Shown here piece after piece: positions 8,651 to 16,900 of a stretch of DNA of 31,044 bases. Position 1 is the first letter of the stretch. The number at the start of each line of letters is the position of its first letter. This DNA is from a virus (Duplodnaviria > Caudoviricetes). A program made the translations under genes and the position numbers. The stretch spans positions 1 through 31,044 of the IMG/VR virus record IMGVR_UViG_3300009095_000047; one strand, 5' to 3'. The notes beneath the pieces were generated by a model, which saw only the letters and a list, made by a program, of their open reading frames with translations, did no database searches and was not told the origin of the DNA.

Positions 8651-9545
8651 CGAGCGGCAAATCTGGCACAAGGCCGCTTGCCAGGCTGCACGGAATCACG
8701 GCTATAGCGCGCGCCGAATCTTTGCTGGTGTTGAAGTGCAAAGCGAAGGCGTCGGGTTCATCCGGCCGCACGCCGACTGGCGCAAGTTGCCCACGAACAG
8801 AATCGACGATGAACTGATGCGCGGCCGGCTGCTGATGATTCAGGACCGCGCGCAGGTCGAGGTTTACGAGGACAAGAGCGAACAGTTCATGCAGTGGGGC
8901 GACTGGATGCCCGACACATGGCGATTCGTTTTCGAGTCCGACGCGCAGGCATTCGTCGCGCAGGCTGACTATCCGCTGGTCAGCAAGGCAAACGAAGGCG
9001 CCTCATCGGTCAACGTGCGAATCCTGAAAGACAAGGCCGAAGCGCAGCAGCACATCGCGCAGTTGTTCGGCGCCGGCATCGAAGTGAACCACGGCGCCAA
9101 TTGCCCAAACACAAAGCAGCGGGGCTACGCGCTGTTGCAGCGGTTCATCCCGCACACGACGACATGGCGCGTCAACGCGATAGGCGACGCGCGGGCGGTG
9201 TTCAAGCGCTATTGCTACAAGGACCGCCCAGTTGCACAGACTGGCAACGTCGATCCGACCTATGAGATGAGCGACGAGCTGGAATCGTTGCTTGAGTACG
9301 CGGATCGCGTGTTCGCGGCCATAGGCAGCAAGTGGTGCGCGCTGGACATCCTGAAGGATGTAGACGGCAGCTGGAAGTTGTTGGAAACCTCGCTGGCGTG
9401 GCCGTGGCCCAGCCCTGGCGATTGCGACAACGGCACGATCTTCCGCAGCGGCGGCAAGAAGTGGATTCAGATGTTCGATGTGATGTTTGACGAATTGGAG
9501 CGCGGCGCATGGACGGCGAACGAATCGGCTGGCGCCTTGGCATGA
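8628..9545 (+). CDS. ATP-grasp ligase (RimK-like)
   Basis: YPLVSKANEGASSVNVRIL, LLQRFIP...WRVNAIG, WCALDIL....WKLLETS map onto the ATP-grasp motifs P.VxKP..G..G.GV, QEFI, GxD and ExN. Confidence 0.8.
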   Translation: MPNFFVLDERQIWHKAACQAARNHGYSARRIFAGVEVQSEGVGFIRPHADWRKLPTNRIDDELMRGRLLMIQDRAQVEVYEDKSEQFMQWGDWMPDTWRFVFESDAQAFVAQADYPLVSKANEGASSVNVRILKDKAEAQQHIAQLFGAGIEVNHGANCPNTKQRGYALLQRFIPHTTTWRVNAIGDARAVFKRYCYKDRPVAQTGNVDPTYEMSDELESLLEYADRVFAAIGSKWCALDILKDVDGSWKLLETSLAWPWPSPGDCDNGTIFRSGGKKWIQMFDVMFDELERGAWTANESAGALA

Positions 9546-9850
9546 GCAAGGACGGCACGCCCGTGTGGCGCCGCGCGCTGTGCCAGGTCTTCACCGTCTA
9601 CGTGGCCTCAAACATGATGGTCTGCGCGCTACTGTTCGCGCCATGGGCGCTGCCGCGCGAAACCGTGTCTGGCCTGCTTGGTCGGTGGAAATGCGGCCAT
9701 CGCGGCGTAAAGAAGAGCTTCGCGCGTGCAGCGTCTTGGGTGGTTGACCGCATCTATTTCTGGGAGCCGAACCACTGCGTCGAGGTCTATCGGATTGAGG
9801 CTGAAGCGCGCGAGTTGCTCTACCCTGAGCATCCCGGTGCGGTTCCATGA
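9542..9850 (+). CDS. Small membrane-associated phage protein (ETxS...FWE..HC type)
   Basis: ATGA overlap with the ATP-grasp stop; hydrophobic segment followed by RETVSGLLGR and VDRIYFWEPNHC. Confidence 0.7.
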   Translation: MSKDGTPVWRRALCQVFTVYVASNMMVCALLFAPWALPRETVSGLLGRWKCGHRGVKKSFARAASWVVDRIYFWEPNHCVEVYRIEAEARELLYPEHPGAVP

Positions 9851-9918
9851 GCTTCACCATGTTACTGATGATCGCGCGGCCATTGCTGGCGCTTGTGGTC
9901 CTGTTCCGCGCGAAGTGA
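9847..9918 (+). CDS. Putative 23-aa hydrophobic micropeptide MSFTMLLMIARPLLALVVLFRAK
   Basis: Read directly from the sequence; start overlaps the upstream stop (ATGA 9847-9850) and stop overlaps the downstream GTG start (GTGA 9915-9918). Confidence 0.55.
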   Translation: MSFTMLLMIARPLLALVVLFRAK

Positions 9919-10634
9919 TTTCCGTCGTCGTGTTCAAGTGGAAACCGAAAGGCCACTACCGCAGTTCCTTCGGCCCCGAGCAAGTCAGAACCATGGCGAA
10001 CATGGTCCGAAGGAACTACCCGGACCCGCACCGCTTCATCTGCGTCACCGACGACGCAACGGGGCTTGACGACATCGAAACCGTCCCGCTGTGGGATGAC
10101 TACGCAGAGATACCGAACCCGTCATTCAAAGGCGGGCCTAACTGCTATCGAAGGCTAAAGGTCTTCAGCCGCGACATCGGCAAGCTACTTGGTGAGCGAT
10201 TCGTCTGCCTTGACCTTGACATGCTGATTACCGGCGACCTTCGACCGCTGCTGAACAGGGCAGAAGACTTCATCGCGTGGAAGAACCCGCATCCCATGTG
10301 GCCGTACAACGGTTCAATGTTCATGCTGACAGCCGGCTCTAGGGCGAAGGTGTGGGAGTCCTTCGATCCGGTCACTTCGCCGGCCATTTCGCATGCTGCG
10401 GGGTGCCGCGGAAGCGATCAGGGCTGGATGAGCTACGTGCTTGGCCCCGGTGAAGCGACATGGGACCGCAAAGACGGCGTGTGGTCCTACCAAGACGAGA
10501 TTCTGAAACGTCGAGGCATCACGCTTGCCGAGCGGCTGCCGAAGGATGCGAAGGTTGTGGCTTTCCATGGCGCGATTGACCCGTGGCACAAGTTTGCAAA
10601 GCGCACGCCTTGGATCAGGGAGCACTACCGATGA
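9915..10634 (+). CDS. GT-A fold glycosyltransferase (GT8-like motifs)
   Basis: V..FKW, V.RN...PHRFICVTDD, RLKVF, DxD motif CLDLDMLITGDL, YNGSMF, GSDQGWMSY, VVAFHG..DPW; start reassigned to GTG 9915. Confidence 0.85.
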   Translation: MISVVVFKWKPKGHYRSSFGPEQVRTMANMVRRNYPDPHRFICVTDDATGLDDIETVPLWDDYAEIPNPSFKGGPNCYRRLKVFSRDIGKLLGERFVCLDLDMLITGDLRPLLNRAEDFIAWKNPHPMWPYNGSMFMLTAGSRAKVWESFDPVTSPAISHAAGCRGSDQGWMSYVLGPGEATWDRKDGVWSYQDEILKRRGITLAERLPKDAKVVAFHGAIDPWHKFAKRTPWIREHYR

Positions 10635-10957
10635 AGATCGCAGCGGGCGCCATGAACAGTCGCGTGACCATTCAATACCCTGACGCCACGCAGGACGCAG
10701 CCGGACAGCCGATGCCGGCATGGACCACGCTGGCGACGGTGTGGGCAAACATCCGGCACCTGAACGGCGCCGAGGCGATCAAGGCAGATGCGGAGGTTTC
10801 GACAGTGAAGGCTTCCATCCGCATTCGCAAGGGTCCGGCGGTTGACGCATCGATGCGAGCCGTTCACGGTTCGACGAACTACGCCATCCGCGCCGTGTTG
10901 CCAGATGAGGTCGAGCGCGACAAGGTTCATCTGGTGTGCGAGGTGGTCCATGGCTAA
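10631..10957 (+). CDS. Head-closure / head-tail adaptor protein (SPP1 gp16-like)
   Basis: AG.MN.RVTIQ.P...QDAAGQP...W..LATVWANI, IRIR, MR..HG...Y.I.AVLPD; ATGA overlap. Confidence 0.92.
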   Translation: MKIAAGAMNSRVTIQYPDATQDAAGQPMPAWTTLATVWANIRHLNGAEAIKADAEVSTVKASIRIRKGPAVDASMRAVHGSTNYAIRAVLPDEVERDKVHLVCEVVHG

Positions 10958-11456
10958 GCCTTCAATGTCGATCAAGTTCGATCCCCGGCTGTTGAATCAG
11001 CAGTTGGAAGACATCGGCGGCGCGGCACTGTCTGCCGTGCGTCCCGCGGCCCAGGCTGGCGCTCAGGTGCTGTATGACGAAGTGAAGTTGAACGTAGGCC
11101 GGATCAAGAAGAAGACCGGCAATCTCGACGCGTCGATCTATCAGGCATTCAGCGCTGACAACTCGCGCGTGTCTGGCGCCAGGTTCGGCAGCAGAGACGC
11201 TTACGAAGCCGCGACATATCACATCAGTTGGAACGCCAGAAAAGCGCCGCACGGCCATCTGGTCGAGTATGGACACCTGATGACCCGCAAGGCCTACATC
11301 GGCTCGGACGGCAAGTGGTACACGTCGAAAGTGAAGATCGACCCGAAGTTGGTCGGGGCGCGCCCGTTCCTGCGCCCGGCGTTCGACGCTAAGCGAGTCT
11401 CAGCACTGCAGGCCGCCGAAGCCCGCTGGATTGCTGAAACGCAGAAAGCGCTATGA
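10950..11456 (+). CDS. HK97 gp10-family tail completion protein
   Basis: R.AA.AGA.V, KTGNL..SI, HLVEYG, ARPFLRPAFD; start at ATG 10950. Confidence 0.88.
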   Translation: MAKPSMSIKFDPRLLNQQLEDIGGAALSAVRPAAQAGAQVLYDEVKLNVGRIKKKTGNLDASIYQAFSADNSRVSGARFGSRDAYEAATYHISWNARKAPHGHLVEYGHLMTRKAYIGSDGKWYTSKVKIDPKLVGARPFLRPAFDAKRVSALQAAEARWIAETQKAL

Positions 11457-11806
11457 GTCTCGAATCCGACATCGTTGCGGCTCTGACATCGCTGGTGTCT
11501 GGTCGCGTGTTCCCGGAGTTCGCGCCCTACAGCACAGCAAAGCCGTTCATCACCTACCAGCAGGTTGGCGGGGCGGCTGAGAACTTCCTGGAAGCAACGG
11601 TGGTCGGCAAGAAGAACGCGCGCATCCAAATCAACTGCTGGACGACGACGCGACAATCGGCGAACAACCTTGCGCGACAGGTCGAGGGCGCGTTGGTGCC
11701 GAGCGCCCTGAAAGCCTACGTGCTTGGCGCGTTCATCGCCGTCTACGAAGAGGACGTTGAGCCGCCGCTGTACGGCACACATCAAGACTTCAGCGTCTGG
11801 TATTGA
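11453..11806 (+). CDS. Tail terminator protein (DUF3168)
   Basis: GRVFP..AP.....PFITYQQVGG, RIQINCW, YEED...LY....DF.VW. Confidence 0.88.
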   Translation: MSLESDIVAALTSLVSGRVFPEFAPYSTAKPFITYQQVGGAAENFLEATVVGKKNARIQINCWTTTRQSANNLARQVEGALVPSALKAYVLGAFIAVYEEDVEPPLYGTHQDFSVWY

Positions 11807-11831
11807 CGCAAGTATTAGCAGAGTTCTCATG

Positions 11832-11885
11832 AAGCCGCCGCAAGGCGGCTTTTTCATGGGCAGTCCTAACCGGCTGCCCTTTTTT
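11832..11885 (+). terminator. Tandem intrinsic terminator-like hairpins before the tail tube gene
   Basis: AAGCCGCC-gcaa-GGCGGCTT+TTT, then GGGCAG...CTGCCC+TTTTTT. Confidence 0.75.
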
Positions 11886-11911
11886 GTTCCATGGCCTAAA
11901 GAGGAATCATC

Positions 11912-12559
11912 ATGGCTGTCTCCCTGCCTAACGGCTCAATCGTCTCTATTGGTTCGGCCGTTGGTTCGGCTCAAGCCACAACTGTTCTCACCAACGCCAG
12001 CACTTGCGTTGTCACATGCACGGCACATGGATACGTAGATGGCGACATCGTTATCGTTGTCTCGGGTTGGTCGCGTATCAATGGCAAGGCATTCCGGGTT
12101 GACAACAAGACTGACGACACTTTCGAGCTGGAAGGTCTGAACACCACCAATACCACGATCTACCCTGCGGGCAGCGGATTGGGTACGGTGCAGGAAGTCA
12201 CCACGTTCACGCAAGTCTCGCAGGTTCTTTCCACCTCTTCTACTGGCGGAGAACAGCGGTTCCTGACCTATCAATTCCTTGAGGCTGACAACGAGGTTGA
12301 GATTCCTACCATCAAGTCGGGCGGCGGCTTCAACTTCGAGATTGGCGATGACCCGTCACTGCCTGGCTTCACGGCCCTTGAAGCAGCGAACGACGACCGC
12401 GTTGCGCGTTGTGTCCGCGTGGTGCTGGCGAGCGGCGCCAAGTTGTACTACGTTGGGTATGTGTCCATCAACAAGACGCCAACGCTTGAGGTGAACACGC
12501 TGATGCGGATGTCGGGGTCCATCCGCTTCCTGAACGAGCCAGTGCGCTATAGCAGTTGA
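11912..12559 (+). CDS. Major tail tube protein (Phage_tail_3-like)
   Basis: MAVSLPNGS, HG...GD.V...SGW, FELEG.NTT....YPAG.G.G, S.GGEQ.F...QFLE, DDPSLP; GAGGA RBS. Confidence 0.9.
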   Translation: MAVSLPNGSIVSIGSAVGSAQATTVLTNASTCVVTCTAHGYVDGDIVIVVSGWSRINGKAFRVDNKTDDTFELEGLNTTNTTIYPAGSGLGTVQEVTTFTQVSQVLSTSSTGGEQRFLTYQFLEADNEVEIPTIKSGGGFNFEIGDDPSLPGFTALEAANDDRVARCVRVVLASGAKLYYVGYVSINKTPTLEVNTLMRMSGSIRFLNEPVRYSS

Positions 12560-12599
12560 GATTTTGATAGACAAAGCCTATGGCGTGTGCAAAATAGGC

Positions 12600-12668
12600 G
12601 GGGCCGACAAACGACTGTGAATCGTTGCCGGCCCCTGACCAATCAGCAATCGAGGTGCTTCATGGCTA
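12600..12668 (+). promoter_or_regulatory. Structured leader of the HNH gene, two hairpins, the second covering RBS and ATG
   Basis: GGGGCCG(12600-06)/CGGCCCC(12629-35) with inner AACGA/TCGTT; then CCA..AGCA-atcgagg-TGCT..TGG. Confidence 0.55.
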
Positions 12669-13162
12669 GTTCCAATCTTACCGCCGCGCGTTTGCGCGAA
12701 CTACTTGCCTATAGCCCAGAGACTGGCGAGTTCCGATGGATTCGCGGGCGTCCAGGTGTGGGTGCCGGCTCTGTAGCCGGAAGTCGCGCAAAGAACGGCT
12801 ACATCTACATCGGGATAGAGGGCGGGAAGTATCTGGCACATCGGCTGGCTTGGCTTTACGTCTACGGGAGTTGGCCTTCCTGCGACATCGACCACATCAA
12901 TTGGGTTTGCACAGACAACCGTTTGGCGAATCTGCGAGACGTGGAGCGCCACATCAACAACCAAAACCGCAGTCGCGTGCGTAGTGACAACAAGGCGTCA
13001 AGAGAAACAGGCGTCAGTTGGCACATTCACAGCCGCAAGTGGCGTTCGCGGATTTGGCTGCAAGGCAAGGAACACAGGCTCGGCCTGTTCGACACCATCG
13101 ACGAGGCAAAGGCGTGCTATCTCGCTGCAAAGCGGCAGATGCATGCGGGCTGCGTCATCTAG
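12662..13162 (+). mobile_element. Free-standing HNH homing endonuclease with C-terminal AP2-like domain
   Basis: L.Y.PETGEF.W, YLAHRLAWLYVYG.WP...IDHIN....DNR..NLR....N..N, GVSW......W...I.......LGLFDT..EA..Y; interrupts the tube-to-chaperone gene order. Confidence 0.92.
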
Positions 13163-13182
13163 AAAACATCAGGAGAATCTAA

Positions 13183-13497
13183 GTGGCAAAGTTCAAGCTG
13201 CAACCCGAGCCCACCTTCAAATCAAAGGTGAAGATCCCTGTACCCGGCGAGGCGAAGGAAGCGGAAGTGGAATTCACGTTCCGCTTCCGCGACACCGACG
13301 AGCTGCAAGCGCTTTTTAAGCGCGCAGCGGAACAGACGAATGTCAAGACTGCGATGGAAATGGCGTGCGGGTGGGAACTGGCTGATGCGTTCAATGAAGA
13401 GAACATGGATTTGCTTCATCGGACCTACATCGGGGCGCTCAATCGCTTGATCGAATGCTACTGGGAAGAGCACACGAAGGCGCTGGAAAAAAACTGA
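13183..13497 (+). CDS. Tail assembly chaperone (G-like)
   Basis: FKL.P.PTF..KV.IPVPG, VEFTF, GW.L.D.FN.EN; ends EKN* at a slippery site. Confidence 0.88.
   Translation: MAKFKLQPEPTFKSKVKIPVPGEAKEAEVEFTFRFRDTDELQALFKRAAEQTNVKTAMEMACGWELADAFNEENMDLLHRTYIGALNRLIECYWEEHTKALEKN
13488..13494 (+). other. Programmed -1 ribosomal frameshift site A AAA AAC
   Basis: GAA AAA AAC TGA; the -1 frame is open (KKLREVARALY...) to 13811. Confidence 0.88.
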
Positions 13498-13811
13498 GGG
13501 AGGTCGCCCGCGCCCTCTACACGCCTGACCCAACGGAAGAAGAAGCCGCTGGGTTGGGATTGACGGTAGAGGAAGCGAGCGGCCCCCCGGTTGAAATCTG
13601 GCCGCCGAACGTGGTGCCGTTCAACGTCTTCAATTCGCTGTGTACGCAGTGGCGCATGGGATCTAGCGGGCCTGTTGGACTGGATTACAACGTGCTGTTC
13701 CACAAGCTCGACCGCATGAAGTTGCCTGCGGATGAGTACGAACGCGTCGAACGCGACGTTCGCGTCATGGAAGACGAAGCCCTGACCGTGATCTGGAAGC
13801 GACAGCCGTAA
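13488..13811 (+). CDS. Tail chaperone T-like segment (DUF1799-like), expressed by frameshift
   Basis: VEIWP.N...F..F..L.TQWR.G..GP.GLDY..L...ME.EAL; no convincing start of its own. Confidence 0.85.
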   Translation, partial: KKLREVARALYTPDPTEEEAAGLGLTVEEASGPPVEIWPPNVVPFNVFNSLCTQWRMGSSGPVGLDYNVLFHKLDRMKLPADEYERVERDVRVMEDEALTVIWKRQP

Positions 13812-13886
13812 GATGCTTGCCGCCTTTGACGCTTGGAGGCTCGCATGAAAGTCGCTTTGCCCGTAGGGCGACACCACCCCAAAGAG

Positions 13887-13914
13887 AAGCCGCGTCAAGC
13901 GGCTTTTCCTTTTT
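13887..13914 (+). terminator. Intrinsic terminator-like hairpin before the tape measure gene
   Basis: AAGCCGC-gtcaa-GCGGCTT+TTCCTTTTT. Confidence 0.7.
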
Positions 13915-13927
13915 GTGAGCACGAACA

Positions 13928-16900
13928 ATGGCCGATCTGAAGACGCAACTTGAGATCGGCGTAGACGCCTCGGGCGTCGAGACTGGCGTCAACAAGGCCA
14001 AGCAATCGATCAGCAGCTTGGGGGGTGCTGCTGAAGCCGCAGGCGCAAAGGGCGCCGCTGGCCTGGAGAAGATGGGCGCGGCCGGCGATCAGACGGCGAA
14101 GAAACTTGACTCGGCCACCAAGAACCTGATCGCCAACGCGCAGCGCAACCTTGCAGCGATTGAGGCGGGTGTCGAAGCCAATGGCCGCATGAGCGGCAAG
14201 TTCATTGAGTCACTCGCCCGCCAGCGTGGCGCAGACATCAACGTCCTGAAGCCGTACATCCGCGATCTTGACGAGGCGATTGCGAAGCAGCGGGTTGCGC
14301 TTGGGCAGAATTCTCAGTTGCTGCAACGCGCACCGGCGCTTACCACGTCGCTGGGGGCAACGAGCTTCAGCAAACCGCTGCCGACCGGGCTGACAACGTC
14401 GCTCGGCGCAACGGCATTCGGCGAAGTCGCTGCCGGCGCAGCGAAGGCGACCAAGGAAGTTGACGCCCTTGGCAAGCGCTTCGACTACACAACGCTATCC
14501 GCCAAGCAGACGACAGCTGCACTTCGGCAAGTCCCGGCGCAGTTGACTGACATCATCGTCAGCTTGCAGGGCGGTCAAGCCCCGCTCACGGTCCTGTTGC
14601 AGCAGGGCGGCCAGTTGAAGGATGTGTTCGGCGGCATCGGGCCGGCTGCGCGTGCGCTGGGAGGGTATGTAGTCGGGCTCATCAACCCGTTCACGCTGGC
14701 GGCTGCTGCCGCCGCCGCGCTGGCTGTTGCATACAACCAAGGCAGCAAAGAAGCCGACGCCTACGCCAAGGCACTGATCCTGACGGGCAACGCCGCCGGG
14801 ACAAACGTCAATCAGTTGACGGCGATGGCCCGCGCTGTTTCGGAAGTGACCGGGACGCAATCGCAGGCTGCCGATGCCGTGGCGCAGTTCGCCGCAAACG
14901 GCAACATTGCCGCAGCCAGCATCGAGCGCTTCGCCCGCGTGGCTGTGCAGTTGGAGCGCACCGCCGGCCAGGCTGTCGGCGAAACCGTCAAGCAGTTTGC
15001 TGAGCTTGGGAAAGAGCCGCTGCAGGCTTCGATCAAGCTGAATGAGACAACTCGCTTCCTGACTACGTCCCTGTACCAGCAGATCAAGGCGCTGGACGAC
15101 CAAGGGCGCTCAGCAGAAGCCGCAGCCCTTGCGCAGCGTGGATTCGCTGACGCGATGGAGTCGCGCACGGGATTGCTGGAGGCGCGTCTAGGTTCAATCG
15201 AGCGCGCGTGGCGTGGTGTCAAAGATGCAGCGGCAGAAGCGTGGTCAGCCATGCTCAATGTCGGACGCGCCAGCACGACTGACGACAGGCTCAACCAGGC
15301 CCGCAGCGATCTTGAGACGCTAGAGGCCGCGAATAGAGCAGCCAGAGCCAGGGGAGGGGTTCCGACAGAAGCGTTCCAAGCGCGTCTTGAACAGCAGCGG
15401 CAGTTGATCTACGGGCTGACAGAAAGCACTCGGCTTGAAGGCAAGGCGGCGCAGTTGCAGGCTGACGGCGTTCGCCAGGCGCAGAAACGCATCGAGTTCG
15501 ACGGCATCGCCAAGCGCAACCAAGTTGACAAGGGCGAGTTGCTGAAGAAGGAGATTGAGCTAATCACCAATGCCGGCAAAGCTGCTGGGGCTTCGCAGGC
15601 AGAAATTGATAAAGCCATCGCTGGTGCGCGCGAGCGGTTCAAGGGTTCCGCAGGACCGAAAGGCCCGCGCGACCCGCAGCGCAGCATTGACCGCTCAGAC
15701 CTGTCCTTTGATCTGTCGCAGATCAAGTCGCAGGCCGATGAACTCGTACGCAGCTACTCCGACGCGGAGCGTGTGCTTGAGGCGCTTCGTTCAGGTGGGT
15801 TGGTGAACGAGAAAGGCTACTACGAGTCTCGTCGTCAGTTCCTTGAACTAGAGACGCAGGCCAAAGAGGATTCGCTGCGCAAGGAAATCCAGCGCCTGAA
15901 CCAAGAGCAGGCCATCATTGACGCGCGCAACGTCAAGGCGAACGACCCTACAGGGGCCGCGCAGAAGACCCGCGATGCCATCGACAACGCGCGCAAGATT
16001 GGCGAGGCTGAATCGCAGTTGGCGATCCTGCGCGCTCGCAATTCGTCGCGCGCTGTCATTCTCGATATTGAGGAAGCCAACGCGGCGAAGCAGAAGGCCG
16101 ACGCACTGCTGTCTGCCCGCCAGGCCGCCGAAGCCTACTTTGAGTCGCAGAACCGCCAGCAGAATCGATTGCTTGATTCGTTCGCACAAGGGCCGAGAGA
16201 AGCCCAACGTACCGCGGGCATCAACGCGATTGACGACAACTTCGCCAATCAGGAGCGCGAGCTTCAGAACCTGCAAGCTCTGGGCAAGATCGAGCAGAAG
16301 GAATACGAAGCCCGTCTAGCGATCATCCGCGAGTTTCAAGCTAGGTCGATTCAGTCGTTCACGCAGTATTACGACCGACTTATTGATCTGCAGAGCGATG
16401 CGTTCAACGGAGCTTCACGCGCGGTCAAGACCTACATCGATGAAGTCGCCAACGTCGCGCAGACAACGGACACATTCGTATCGAATTCGCTGCGCGGGCT
16501 TGAAGATGGTCTGACTGACTTCCTGACGACCGGGAAGTTCAAGTACAAGGAATTCGCTACATCCATCGTTGCCGATGTAAACCGCATCATCATTCGGCAG
16601 CAGATCGCCAATGCGCTGGCGGGGCAGATGGGCGGATCGAGCGGCGGAGGTTCCGATCTGATAGGCAGCCTGTTCGGCGCGCTGATGGGCTCAGGTGGCG
16701 GCGGCAAGGTTATGTCGTCAGGTGCATTCGGGACAGGTGTATCTGGCTTTGCCATGGGCGGTCAGGTCGAGCGAGGACGCATCGTCGAGGTCAACGAAAC
16801 GGACGGCCCTGGCGAACTGTTTAACGTAGGAAATCGGCAATACCTGCTGGCGTCGCAGTCTGGGCGCGTTGAGCCGCAGAAGGCAACATCGACGCCTAAA

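Noticed and set aside
9726-9914. N-terminal extension of the glycosyltransferase in the ORF track
   Set aside because: Overlaps the upstream gene by 125 nt; the recognisable domain begins at the coupled GTG 9915.
8099-10634. Cassette as a DNA-modification or Gtr-type serotype-conversion locus
   Set aside because: No base-modifying enzymes, flippase or polytopic transferase, and no independent promoter or terminator as expected for a lysogenic-conversion moron. Disfavoured rather than excluded.
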